A stretch of 64,000 bases of DNA from Camelus dromedarius (lineage: Eukaryota): contig NC_087436.1 of assembly GCF_036321535.1 (NCBI RefSeq), positions 3,162,001 through 3,226,000 of the forward strand, given 5' to 3'. The first letter of the stretch is position 1. Every line of letters starts with the position of its first letter. The notes under the pieces are model-generated. The model was not told the origin of the DNA and made no database searches. It saw only the letters and a program-made list of their open reading frames with translations. A program made the position numbers and the translations under genes. Positions 24,301 to 38,600 of this stretch are shown in pieces.

Positions 24301-27300
24301 ACGGGTTGCAGGAGAAACTTTTACTGTGGTTTCACAGTCTGTTTCCTAGTGCCGTTTTGAATTTCCTGCAGTTTTCACTGAGAAACCGAGTTGGGGCTAG
24401 TACCTAACCATATATATGTATGGAGTGGTGTTTGCAACTGAAAAGAAACTTTGTGTTCCCAACAAGCTAGGTGAAGGACGGCTTTCACACACAGTTATCC
24501 CTCAGAACTGAGCATGTGGAGAGACGTTCGTTCATCTAGCACAAAGGGAACGGTTTGCAGGAGAAAATATTTCTCTGGTTTCCCAGTCTGTTTCCTAGTG
24601 CCGGTTTGAAGTTCCTGCAGTTTTCACTGTAAAACCGTGTTGGAGCTAGTACCTCATCATATATATGTATGGAGTGGAGTTTTCAAGTGAAAAGTAACTT
24701 TGTGATCCCCACAAGCTAGGTGAAGGACGGCTTTCTCACACACTTTTCTCTGAGAACTGAGCATGTGGAGAGACTTTCGTTCATCTAGCACAAAGGGAAA
24801 GGGTTGCAGGAGAAACTATTACTCTGGTTTCTCAGTCTGTTTCCTCATGCCGGTTTGAAGTTCCTGCAGTTTTCACTGTAAAACCGAGTTGGAGCTAGTA
24901 CCTCCCCATATATATGTATGGATTGGAGTTTGCAAGTGAAAAGAAACTTTGTGTTCCCAACAAGCTAGTTGAAGGACGCCTTTCACACACACTTATCTCT
25001 CAGAACTGAGCATGTTTAGAGACGTTCGTTCATCTAGCACAAAGGAACGGGTTGCAGGAAAAACTTTAACTCTGGTTTCTCAGTCTGTTTCCTAGTGCCG
25101 ATTTGAAGTTCCTACAGTTTTCACTGTAAAACCGAGTTGGAGCTAGTAAATCCCCATATATATGTATGGAGTGGAGTTTGCACCTGAAAAGAAACTTTGT
25201 GTTCCCAACAAGCTAGGTGAATTACGGCTTTCACACACACTTATCTCTCAGAACTGAGCATTTGGAGAGACGTTCGTTCATCTAGCAAAAAGGGAACGGG
25301 TTGAAGGAGAAACTTTAACTCTGGTTTCTCAGTCTGTTTCCTAGTGCCGGTTTGAAGTTCCTGCAGTTTTCACTGTAAAACCGTGTTGGAGCTAGTACCT
25401 CATCATATATATGTATGGAGTGGAGTTTTCAAGTGAAAAGTAACTTTGTGATCCCCACAAGCTAGGTGAAGGACGGCTTTCTCACACACTTATCTCTGAG
25501 AACTGAGCATGTGGAGAGACTTTCGTTCATCTAGCACAAAGGGAAAGGGTTGCAGGAGAAACTATTACTCTGGTTTCTCAGTCTGTTTCCTAGTGCCGGT
25601 TTGAAGTTCCTGCAGTTTTCACTGTAAAACCGAGTTGGAGCTAGTACCTCCCCATATATATGTATGGATTGGAGTTTGCAAGTGAAAAGAAACTTTGTGT
25701 TCCCAACAAGCTAGTTGAAGGACGCCTTTCACACACACTTATCTCTCAGAACTGAGCATGTTTAGAGACGTTCGTTCATCTAGCACAAAGGAACGGGTTG
25801 CAGGAAAAACTTTAACTCTGGTTTCTCAGTCTGTTTCCTAGTGCCGATTTGAAGTTCCTACAGTTTTCACTGTAAAACCGAGTTGGAGCTAGTAAATCCC
25901 CATATATATGTATGGAGTGGAGTTTGCACCTGAAAAGAAACTTTGTGTTCCCAACAAGCTAGGTGAATTACGGCTTTCACACACACTTATCTCTCAGAAC
26001 TGAGCATGTGGAGAGACGTTCGTTCATCTAGCACAAATGGAACGGGATTCAGGAGAAACTTTTACTCTGTTTTCTCAGTCTGTTTTCTAGTGCCGGTTGA
26101 AGTTCCTGCAGTTTTCACTGTAAAACCGATTTGGAGCTAGTACCTCCCCATATATATGTATGGAGTGGAGTTTGCAACTGAAAAGAAACTTTGTGTTCCC
26201 AACAAGCTAGGTGAAGGACGGCTTTCACACACACTTAACTCTCAGAACTTAGCATGTGGAGAGACGTTCTTTCATCTAGCACAAAGAAAACGGGTTGCAG
26301 TAGAAAACTTTACTCTGGTTTCTCAGGCTGTTTCCTAGTGCCGGTTTGAACTTCCTGCAGTTTTCACTGTAAAACAGTTTTGGAGTTTGTACTTCCCCTT
26401 ATATATTTATGGAGTGGGGTTTGCAACTGAAAAGAAACTTTGTGTTCCCAACAAGCTAGGTGAAGGACGGTTTTCACACACACTTATCCCTCAGAACTGA
26501 GCATGTGGAGAGACGTTCGTTCAAGTAGCCAAAAGAACGGGTTGCAGGAGAAACTTTAACTCTGGTTTCTCAGTCTGTTTCCTAGTGCCGGTTTGAAGTT
26601 CCTGCAGTTTTCACTGTAAAACAGAGTTGGAGCTAGTACCTAACCATATATATGTATGGAGTGAAGTTTGCAACTGAAAAGAAACTTTGTGTACCCAACA
26701 AGCTAGGTGAAGGACGGCTTTCACACACACGTATCTCTCAGAACTGAGCATTTTGAGAGACGTTCGTTCATCTAGCACAAATGGAACGGGTTGCAGGAGA
26801 AACTTTTACTCTGGTTTCTCAGTCTATTTCCTTGTGCCGGTTTGAAGTTCCTGCAGTTTTCACTGTAAAACCGAGTTGGAGCTAGTACCTAACCATATCT
26901 ATGTATGGAGTGAGTTTTGCAACTGAAAAGAAACTTTGTGCACCCAACAAGCTAGGTGAAGTACGACATTCACAAACAATTATCTCTCAGAAATGAGCAT
27001 GTGGAGAGACGTTCGTTCATCTAGCACAAAGGAACGGGTTGCAGGAGAAATTTTTACTCTGGTTTCTCAGTCTGTTTCCTAGTGCCGGTTTGAATTTCCT
27101 GCAGTTTTCACTGTAAAACCGAGTTGTGGCTTGTACCTCCCCATATATATGTATGGAGTGGAGTTTGCAAATGAAAGAAACTTTGTGTTCCCAACAAGAT
27201 ATGTGAAGGACGGCTTTCACACACACTTATTTCTCAGAAATGAGCATGTGGAGAGACGTTCGTTCATCTAGCAAAAAGGGAACGGGTTGCAGGAGAAACT

Positions 27301-30300
27301 TTTACTCTGGTTTCACAGTCTGTTTCCTAGTGCCGTTTTGAATTTCCTGCAGTTTTCACTGAGAAACCGAGTTGGGGCTAGTACATAACCATATATATGT
27401 ATGGAGTGGTGTTTGCAACTGAAAAGAAACTTTGTGTTCCCAACAAGCTAGGTGAAGGACGGCTTTCACACACAGTTATCCCTCAGAACTGAGCATGTGG
27501 AGAGACGTTCGTTCATCTAGCACAAATGGAACGGTTTGCAGGAGAAAATATTTCTCTGGTTCCCCAGTCTGTTTCCTAGTGCCGGTTTGAAGTTCCTGCA
27601 GTTTTCACTGTAAAACCGTGTTGGAGCTAGTACCTCATCATATATATGTATGGAGTGGAGTTTTCAAGTGAAAAGTAACTTTGTGATCCCCACAAGCTAG
27701 GTGAAGGACGGCTTTCTCACACACTTATCTCTGAGAACTGAGCATGTGGAGAGACTTTCGTTCATCTAGCACAAAGGGAAAGGGTTGCAGGAGAAACTAT
27801 TACTCTGGTTTCTCAGTCTGTTTCCTAGTGCCGGTTTGAAGTTCCTGCAGTTTTCACTGTAAAACCGAGTTGGAGCTAGTACCTCCCCATATATATGTAT
27901 GGATTGGAGTTTGCAAGTGAAAAGAATCTTTGTGTTCCCAACAAGCTAGGTGAAGGACGCCTTTCACACACACTTATCTCTCAGAACTGAGCATGTTTAG
28001 AGACGTTCGTTCATCTAGCACAAAGGAACGGGTTGCAGGAGAAACTTTAACTCTGGTTTCTCAGTCTGTTTCCTAGTGCCGATTTGAAGTTCCTACAGTT
28101 TTCACTGTAAAACCGAGTTGGAGCTAGTAAATCCCCATATATATGTATGGAGTGGAGTTTGCACCTGAAAAGAAACTTTGTGTTCCCAACAAGCTAGGTG
28201 AATTACGGCTTTCACACACACTTATCTCTCAGAACTGAGCATGTGGAGAGAAGTTCGTTCATCTAGCACAAATGGAACGGGATTCAGGAGAAACTTTTAC
28301 TCTGTTTTCTCAGTCTGTTTTCTAGTGCCGGTTGAAGTTCCTGCAGTTTTCACTGTAAAACCGAGTTGGAGCTAGTACCTGCCCTTATATATGTATGGAG
28401 TGGAGTTTGCAAGTGAACAGAAATTTTGTGTTCCCAAAAAGCTAGGTGAAGGACGGCTTTCACACAAACTTATTTCTGAGAACTGAGCATGTGGAGAGAC
28501 GTTCGTTCATCTAGCACAAAGGGAACAGTTTGCAGGAGAAACTTTTACTCTGGTTTCTCAGTCTGTTTCCTCGTGCCGGTTTAAGTTCCTGCAGTTTTCA
28601 CTGTAAAGCCGAGTTGGAGCTAGTACCTCCCCATATATATGTATGGAGTGGAGTTTTCAAGTGAAAAGTAACTTTGTGATCCCCACAAGCTAGGTGAAGG
28701 ACGGCTTTCTCACACACTTATCTCTGAGAACTGAGCATGTGGAGAGACTTTCGTTCATCTAGCACAAAGGGAAAGGGTTGCAGGGGAAACTATTACTCTG
28801 GTTTCTCAGTCTGTTTCCTAGTGCCGGTTTGAAGTTCCTGCAGTTTTCACTGTAAAACCGATTTGGAGCTTGTACCTCCCCATATATATGTATGGATTGG
28901 AGTTTGCAAGTGAAAAGAAACTTTGTGTTCCCAACAAGCTAGGTGAAGGACGCCTTTCACACACACTTATCTCTCAGAACTGAGCATGTTTAGAGACGTT
29001 CGTTCATCTAGCACAAAGGAACGGGTTGCAGGAGAAACTTTAACTCTGGTTTCTCAGTCTGTTTCCTAGTGCCGATTTGAAGTTCCTACAGTTTTCACTG
29101 TAAAACTCTGTTGGAGCTAGTAAATCCCCATATATATGTATGGAGTGGAGTTTGCACCTGAAAAGAAACTTTGTGTTCCCAACAAGCTAGGTGAATTACG
29201 GCTTTCACACACACTTATCTCTCAGAACTGAGCATGTGGAGAGACGTTCGTTCATCTAGCACAAATGGAACGGGATTCAGGAGAAACTTTTACTCTGTTT
29301 TCTCAGTCTGTTTTCTAGTGCCGGTTGAAATTCCTGCAGTTTCCACTGTAAAACCGAGTTGGAGCTAGTACATCCCCATATATATGTATGGAGTGGAGTT
29401 TGCAAGTGAAAAGAAATTTTGTGTTCCCAAAAAGATAGGTGAAGGACGGCTTTCACACAAACTTATTTCTGAGAACTGAGCATGTGGAGAGACGTTCGTT
29501 CATCTAGCACAAAGGGAACAGTTTGCAGGAGAAACTTTTACTCTGGTTTCTCAGTCTGTTTCCTCGTGCCGGTTTAAGTTCCTGCAGTTTTCACTGTAAA
29601 GCCGAGTTGGAGCTAGTACCTCCCCATATATATGTATGGAGTGGAGTTTTCATGTGAAAAGAAACTTTGTGTTCCCAACAAGCTAGATGAAGTAAGGCTT
29701 TCACACACACTTATCTCTGAGAACTGAGCATGTGGAGAGACGTTCGTTCATCTAGCACAAATGGAACAGTTTGTAGGAGAAACTTTTACTCTGGTTTCTC
29801 AGTCTGTTTCCTAGTGCCGGTTTGAACTTCCTGCAGTTTTCACTGTAAAACCGAGTTGGAGCTAGTACATCCCAATATATTTGTATGGAGTGGAGATTGC
29901 AGCTGAAATGAAACTTTGTGTTCCCAACAAGCTAGGTGAAGGACGGCTTTTACACACACTTATCTCTCAGAACTGAGCATGTGGAGAGACGTTCGTTCAT
30001 CTAGCTCAAAGGGAACGGGTTGCAACAGAAACTTTTACTCTGGTTTCTCAGTCTGTTTTCTAGTGCCGGTTTAAGTTCCTGCAGTTTTCACTGTAAAACC
30101 TAGTTGGAGCTAGTACTTCCCCATATATATATATGGAGTGGAGTTTGCAAGTGAAAAGAAACTTTGTGTTCCCAACAAGCTAGGTGAAGGACGGCTTTCA
30201 CACACACTTATCTATGAGAACTTAGCATGTGGAGAGACGTTCGTTCTCTAGCAAAAAGGAACAGTTTGCAGGAGAAACTTTTACTCTGGTTTCTCAGTCT

Positions 30301-32655
30301 GATTCCTAGTGCCGGTTTGAAGTTCCTGCAGTTTTCACTGTAAAACCGAGTTGGAGCTAGGACCTCCCCATATATTTGTATGGAGTGGAGTTTGCAACTG
30401 AAAAGAAACTTTGTGTTCCCCACAAGCTAGGTGAAGGACGGCTTTCTCACACACTTATCTCTGAGAACTGAGCATGTGGAGAGACTTTCGTTCATCTAGC
30501 ACAAAGGGAAAGGGTTGCAGGAGAAACTATTACTCTGGTTTCTCAGTCTGTTTCCTAGTGCCGGTTTGAAGTTCCTTCAGTTTTCACTGTAAAACCGAGT
30601 TGGAGCTAGTACCTCCCCATATATATGTATGGATTGGAGTTTGCAAGTGAAAAGAAACTTTGTGTTCCCAACAAGCTAGGAGAAGGACGCCTTTCACCAC
30701 ACTTATCTCTCAGAACTGAGCATGTTTAGAGACGTTCGTTCATCTAGCACAAAGGAACGGGTTGCAGGAGAAACTTTAACTCTGGTTTCTCAGTCTGTTT
30801 CCTAGTGCCGATTTGAAGTTACTGCAGTTTTCACTGTAAAACCGAGTTGGAGCTAGTAAATCCCCATATATATGTATGGAGTGGAGTTTGCACCTGAAAA
30901 GAAACTTTGTGTTCCCAACAAGCTAGGTGAATTACGGCATTCACACACACTTATCTCTCAGAACTGAGCATGTGGAGAGACGTTCGTTCATCTAGCACAA
31001 AGGGAACGGGGTGCAGGAGAAACTTTTACTCTGTTTTCTCAGTCTGTTTTCTAGTGCCGGTTGAAGTTCCTGCAGTTTTCACTGTAAAACCGAGTTGGAG
31101 CTAGTACCTCCCCATATATATGTATGGAGTGGAGTTTGCAAGTGAAAAGAAATTTTGTGTTCCCAAAAAGCTAGGTGAAGGACGGCTTTAACACACACTT
31201 ATTTCTGAGAACTGAGCATGTGGAGAGACGTTCGTTCATCTAGCAAAAAAGGGAACAGTTTTCAGGAGAAACTTTTACTCTGGTTTCTCAGTTTGTTTCC
31301 TCGTGCCGGTTGAAGTTCCTGCAGTTTTCACTGTAAAACCGAGTTGGAGCTGGTACCTCCCCATATATAGGTATGGAGTGGAGTTTTCATGTGAAAAGAA
31401 ACTTTGTGTTAACAACAAGCTAGATGAAGGACGGCTTTCACACAAACTTATCTCTGAGAACTGAGCATGTGGAGAGACGTTCCTTCATCTAGCACAAATG
31501 GAACAGTTTGTAGGCGAAACTTTTACTCTGGTTTCTCAGTCTGTTTCCTAGTGCCGGTTTGAACTTCCTGCAGTTTTCACTGTAAAACCGAGTTGGAGCT
31601 AGTACATCCCAATATATTTGTATGGAGTGGAGATTGCAACTGAAATGAAACTTTGTGTTCCCACAAGCTAGGTGAAGGACGGCTTTTACACAACTTATCT
31701 CTCAGAACTGAGCATGTGGAGAGACGTTCGTTCATCTAGCACAAAGGTAACGGATTGCAAGAGAAACCTTTACTCTGGTTTCTCAGTCTGTTTCCTAGTG
31801 CCGGTTTAAGTTCCTGCAGTTTTCAGTGTAAAACATAGTTGGAGCTAGTACCTCCCCATATATATGTATGGAGTGGAATTTGCAAGGGAAAAGAAACTTT
31901 GTCTTCCCAACAAGCTAGGTGAAGGACGGCTTTCACACACACTTATCTATGAGAACTTAGAATGTGGAGAGACGTTCGTTCTCTAGCACAAAAGGAACAG
32001 TTTGCTGGAGAAACTTTTACTCTGGTTTCTCAGTCTGTTTCCTAGTGCCGGTTGAATTTCCTGCAGTTTTCACTGTATAACCGAGTTGGAGCTAGTACTT
32101 CCCCATATATATGTATGGAGTGGAGTTTGCAAGTGAAAAGAAACTTTGTCTTCCCAACAATCTAGGTGAAGAACGGCTTTCACACACACTTATCTCTGAG
32201 AAATGAGCATGTGGAGAGACGTTCGTTCATCTAGCACAAAGGGAAAAGTTTGCCGGAGAAACTTTTACTCTGGGTTCTCAGTCTGATTCCTAGTGCCGGT
32301 TTGAAGTTCCAGCAGTTTTCACTGTAAAACCGAGTTGGAGCTAGGACCTCCCCATATATTTGTATGGAGAGGAGTTTGCAACTGAAAAGAAACTTTGTGT
32401 TCCCAACAAGCTAGGTGAATTACGGCATTCACACACACTTATTTCTCAGAAGTGAGCATGTGGAGAGACGTTCGTTCATCTAGCACAAAGGGAACGGGGT
32501 GCAGGAGAAACTTTTACTCTGTTTTCTCAGTCTGTTTTCTAGTGCCGGTTTGAGTTCCTGCAATTTTCACTGTAAAACCGAGTTGGAGCTAGTACCTCCC
32601 CATATATATGTATGGAGTGGAGTTTGCAAGTGAAAAGAAATTTTATGTTCCCAAA

Positions 32656-35600
32656 AAGCTAGGTGAAGGACGGCTTTCACACACACTTACTTCTTAGAAC
32701 TGAGCATGTGGAGAGACGTTCGTTCATCTCGCACAAAGGGAACAGTTTGCAGGAGAAACTTTTACTCTGGGTTCTTAGTCTGATTCCTCGTGCCGGTTGA
32801 AGTTCCTGCAGTTTTCACTGTAAAGCCGAGTTGGATCTAATACCTCCCCATATAAATGTATGGAGTGGAGTTTTCATGTGTAAAGAAACTTTGTGTTCCC
32901 AACAAGCTAGATGAAGGACGTCTTTCACACACACACATATCTCTGAGAACTGAGCATGTGGAGAGACGTTCGTTCATCTAGCACAAATGGAACTGTTTGT
33001 AGGCGAAACTTTTACTCTGGATTCTCAGTCTGTTTCCTAGTGCCGGTTTGAACTTCCTGCAGTTTTCACTGTAAAACGGAGTTGGAGCTAGTACCTCCCC
33101 ATATATATGTATGGAGTGGAGTTTTCAAGTGAAAAGAAAGTTTGTGTTCCCCACAAGCTAGGTGAAGGACGTCTTTCACACACACTTATCTATCAGAACT
33201 GAGCATGTGGAGAGACGTTCGTTCATCTAGCACAAAGGGAACGGGTTGCAGGAGAAACTTTTACTCTGGTTTCTCAGTCTGTTTCCTAGTGCCGGTTTGA
33301 AGTTCCTGCAGTTTTCACTGTAAAACCGAGTTGGAGCTAGTACCTCCCCATATATATGTATGCAGTGGAGTTTGCAAGTGAAAAGAAACTTTGTTTTCCC
33401 AACAAGCTAGGTGAAGGACGGCTTTCACACACACTTATCTCTCAGAACTGATCATGTATAGAGACGTTCGTTTTCTAGCACAAAGGAATCGGTTGCAGGA
33501 GAAACTTATACTCTGGTTTCTCTGTCTGTTTCCTAGTGCAGGTTTCAATTTCCTGCAGTTTCATTGTAAAACTGAGTTGGAGATAGTACCTCCCCATATA
33601 TACGTATGGAGTGGAGTTTGCACCTGAAAAGAAACTTTGTGTTCCCCACAAGCTAGGTGAAGGCGTCTTTCACACACACTTATCTATCAGAACTGAGCAT
33701 GTGGAGAGACGTTCGTTCATCTAGCACAAAGGGAACGGGTTGCAGGGGAAACTTTTACTCTGCTTTCTCAGTCTGTTTCCTAGTGCCGGTTTGAAGTTCC
33801 TGCAATTTTCACTGTAAAACAATTTTGAAGCAAGTACCTCCCCATATATATGTATGGATTCGTGTTTTCAAGTGAAAAGAAACTTTGTGTTCCCACCAAG
33901 CTATGTGAAGGACGGCTTCACACACACTTATCTCTCAGAACTGAGCATGTGGAGAGACGTTCGTTCATCTAGCACAAAGGGAACGGTGTGTAGAAGAAAA
34001 TATTACTCTGGTTTCCCAGTCTGTTTCCTAGTGCCGGTTTGAAGTTCCTGCAGTTTTCACTGTAAAACCGAGTTGGAGCTAGTACCTCCCCATATATATG
34101 TATGGATTGGAGTTTGCAAGTGAAAAGAATCTTTTGGTTCCGAAAAGCTAGGTGAAGGACGGCTTTCACACACACGTATCTCTCAGAACTGAGCATGTTT
34201 AGAGACGTTCGTTCATCTAGCACAAAGAACGGGTTGCAGGAGAAACTTTTACTCTGGTTTCTCAGTCTGATTCCTAGTGCCGGTTTGAATTTCCTGCAGT
34301 TTTCACTGTAAAACCGAGTTGGAGATTGTACCTCCCCATATATATGTATGGAGTGGAGTTTGCACCTTAAAAGAAACTTTGTGTTCCCAGCAAGATAGGT
34401 GAATTACGGCTTTCACACACACATATCTCTCAGAACTGAGCATGTGGAGAGACGTTCGTTCATCTAGCAAAAAGTAAACGGGTTGCTGGAGAAACTTTTA
34501 CTCTGGTTTCTCAGTCTGTTTCCTAGTGCCGGTTTGAAGTTCCTGCAGTTTTCACTGTAAAACAGAGTTGGAGCTAGTACCTAACCATATATATGTATGG
34601 ATTGGAGTTTGCAAGTGAAAAGAAACTTTGTTTTCCCAACAAGCTAGGTGAAGGACGGCTTTCACACACACTTATCTCTCAGAACTGAGCATGTTTAGAG
34701 ACGTTCGTTCATCTAGCACAAAAGAACGGGTTGCAGGAGAAACTTTTACTCTGGTTTCTCAGTCTGTTTCTTAGTGCCGGTTTGAAGTTCATGCAGTTTT
34801 CACTGTAAAACCGAGTTGGAGCTAGTACCTCCCCATATATATGTATGGAGTGGAGTTTGCACCTGAAAAGAAACTTTGTGTTCCCAACAAGCTAGGAGAA
34901 TTACGGCTTTCACACACACTTATTTCTCAGAACTGAGCATGTGGAGAGACGTTCGTTCATCTAGCACAAATGGAACGGGTTGCAGTAGAAACTTTTACTC
35001 TGCTTTCTCACTCTGTTTCCTAGTGCCATTTTGAAGTTCCTGCAGTTTTCACTGTAAAACATAGTTGGAGCTAGTACCGCCCCATATATATGTATGGATT
35101 GGAGTTTGCAAGTGAAAAGAAACTTTGTGTTCCCAACAAGCTAGTTGAAGGACGGCTTTCACACACAACTATCTCTCAGAACTGAGCATGTGGAGAGACG
35201 ATCGTTCATGTTTGACTAAAAAAAAGTGTTGCAGGATAAAATTTTACTCTGGTTTCTCAGTCTGTTTCCTAGTGCCGGTTTGAAGTTCCTGCAGTATTCA
35301 CTGTAAAACCGAGTTGGAGCTAGTAACACCCCATATATATGTATGGAGTTGAGTTTGCAACTGAAAAGAAACTTTGTGTTCCCAACAAGCTAGGTGAAGG
35401 AGGCTTTCACACACACTTATCCCTAAAAACTGAGCATGTGGAGAGACGTTCGTTCATCAAGCACAAAGGGAACGGTTTGCAGGAGAAAATATTACTCTGG
35501 TTTCCCAGTCTGTTTCCTAGTGCCGGTTTGAAGTTCCTGCAGTTTTCACTGTAAAACCGAGTTGGAGCTAGTACCTCCCCATATATATGTATGGATTGGA

Positions 35601-38600
35601 GTTTGCAAGTGAAAAGAATCTTTGTGTTCCGAAAAGCTAGGTGAAGGACGGCTTTCACACACACTTATCTCTCAGAACTTAGCATGTGGAGAGACGTTCG
35701 TTCATCTAGCAAAAAGTAAACGGGTTGCAGGAGAAAATTTTACTCTGGCTTCTCAGTCTGTTTCCTAGTGCCGGTTTGAATTTCCTGCAGTTTTCACTGT
35801 AAAACCGTGTTAGAGCTTGTACCTCCCCATATATATGTATGGAGTGGAGTTTGCAACTGAAAAGAAACTTAGTGTTCCCAACAAGCTATGTGAAGGACGA
35901 CTTTCACACACACTTATCTCACAGACTGAGCATGTGGAGAGACGATCGTTCATCTAGCCAAAAGGAACGGGTTGCAGGAGTAACTTTTACTCTGGTTTCT
36001 CAGAATGTTTCATAGTGCCGGTTTGAAGTTCCTGCAGTTTTCACTGTAAAACCGAGTTGGAACTAATACCTAACCATATATATGTATGGAGTGAATTTTG
36101 CAACTGAAAAGAAACTTTGTGCACCCAACAAGCTAGGTGAAGTACGACATTCACACACACGTATCTCTCAGAACTGATCTTGTGGAGATACGTTCGTTCA
36201 TCTAGCACAAAGGGAACGGGTTGCAGGAGAAATTTTTACTCTGGTTTCTCAGTCTGTTTCCTAGTGCCGGTATGAAGTTCCTGCAGTTTTCACTGTTAAA
36301 CCGAGTTGTGGCTTGTACCTCCCCATATATATGTATGGAGTGGAGTTTGCAAATGAAAAGAAATTTTGTGTTCCCAACAAGCTAAGTGAAGGTCGACTTT
36401 CACACACATCTATCTCTCAGAACTGAGCATGTGGAGAGACGTTCGTTCATCTAGCACAAAGGGAAGGAGTTGCAGGAGAATCTTTTACTCTGGCTTCTCA
36501 GTCTGTTTCCTAGTGCCGGGTTGAAGTTCCTGCAGTTTTCACTGTAAAAGCGAGTTGGGGCTTGTACCAAACCCTTAAATATTTATGGAGTGGAGTTTGC
36601 AACTGAAAAGAAATTTTGTGTTCCCAACAAGCGAGGTGAAGGATGGCTTTCACACACACATATCTCTCAGAACTGAGCATGTGGAGAGACGTTCCTTAAT
36701 CTAGCACAAAGGGAACGGGTTGCAGGAGAAACTTTTCGTCTGGTTTCTCAGTCTGTTTCCTAGTGCCGGTTTGAAGTTCCTGCAGTTTTCACTGTAAAAC
36801 CGAGTTGGAGATAGTACTTCCCCATAAATATGTATGGAATTGAGTTTGCAGCTGAAAAGATACTTTGTGTTCCCAAAAACATAGGTGAAGAGCGGCTTTC
36901 ACACACACTTATCTCTCAGAACTGAGCATGTGGAGAGACGATCGTTCATCTAGCCAAAAGGAACGGGTTGCAGGAGAAACTTTTACTCTGGTTTCTCAGA
37001 CTGTTTCCTAGTGCCGGTTTGAAGTTCCTGCAGTTTTCACTGTAAAACCGAGGTGGAGCTAGTACCTAACCATATATAAGTATGGAGTGGAGTTTGCAAA
37101 TGAAAGTAAACTTTGTGTTCCCAACAAGCTAGGTGAAGGACGGCTTTCACACACACTTATCTCTCAGGACTGAGCATGTGGAGAAACGTTCGTTCATCTA
37201 GCACAAAGGAAACGGTTTGCAGTAGAAAACTTTACTCCGGTTTCTCAGGCTGTTTCCTAGTGCCGGTTTGAAGTTCCTGCATTTTTCACTGTAAAACGGA
37301 GTTGGAGCTAGTACCTCCCCATATATATGGATGGAGTGGAGTTGCAAATGAAAAGAAACTTTGTGTTCCCAACAAGCTAGGTGAAGGATGGCTTTCACAC
37401 ACACTTATCTCTCAGGACTGAGCATGTGGAGAGACGATCGTTCATCTAGCCAAAATGAACGGGTTGCAGGAGAAACTTTTACTCTGGTTTCTCAGACTGT
37501 TTCCTAGTGCCGGTTTTAAGTTCCTGCAGTTTTCACTGTAAAACCGAGTTGGAGCTAGTACCTAACCATATATATGTATGGAGTGAAGTTTGCAACTGAA
37601 AAGAAACTTTGTGTACCCAACAAGCTAGGTGAAGTACGACATTGACACACACATATCTCTCAGATCTGAGCATGTGGAACGACGTTCATTCATCTAGCAC
37701 AAAGGGAAAAGTTTGCCAGAGAAACTTTTACTCTGGTTTCTCAGTCTGTTTCCTAGTGCCGGTTTGAAGTTCCTGCAGTTTTAACTGTAAAACCGAGTTG
37801 TGGCTTGTACCTCCCCATATATATGTCTGGAGTGGAGTTTGCAAATGAAAATAAACTTTGTGTTCCCAACAAGCTAGGTGAAGGACGGCTTTCACACACA
37901 CTTATCTCTCAGGACTGAGCATGTGGAGAAACGTTCGTTCATCTAGCACAAAGGAAACGGTTTGCAGTAGAAAACTTTACTCTGGTTTCTCAGGCTGTTT
38001 CCTAGTGCCGGTTTGAAGTTCCTGCATTTTTCACTGTAAAACGGAGTTGGAGCTAGTACCTCCCCATATATATGGATGGAGTGGATTTTGCAAGTGAAAA
38101 GAAACTTTGTGTACCCAACAAGCAAGGTGAAGGGTGGCTTTCACACACAATTATCTCCCAGAAATGAGCATGTGGAGAGAAGTTCGTTCATCTAGCACAA
38201 AGGGAACGGGTTGCAGGAGAAAATTTTACAGTGGTTTCTCAGTCTGTTTCGTAGTGCCGGTTTGAAGTTCCTGCAGTTTTCACTGTAAAACCTATTTGGG
38301 GCTAGTAGCTCCCCATAAATATGTATGGAGTGGAGTTTGCATCTGAAAAGAATCTTTGTGTTCCTAACAAGCTCGGTGAAGGACGGCTTTCACACACACT
38401 TATCTCTCAGGACTGAGCATGTGGAGAGACGTTCGTTCATCTAGGAAATAGGAAACGGGTTGCAGGAGAAAATTTTACTCTAGTTTCTCAGTCTGTTTCC
38501 TAGTGCCGGTTTGAAGTTCCTGAAGATTTCACTGTAAAACCGAGTTGGAGCTAGTACCTACCCATATATATGTATGGATTGGAGTTTGCAAGTGAAAAGA

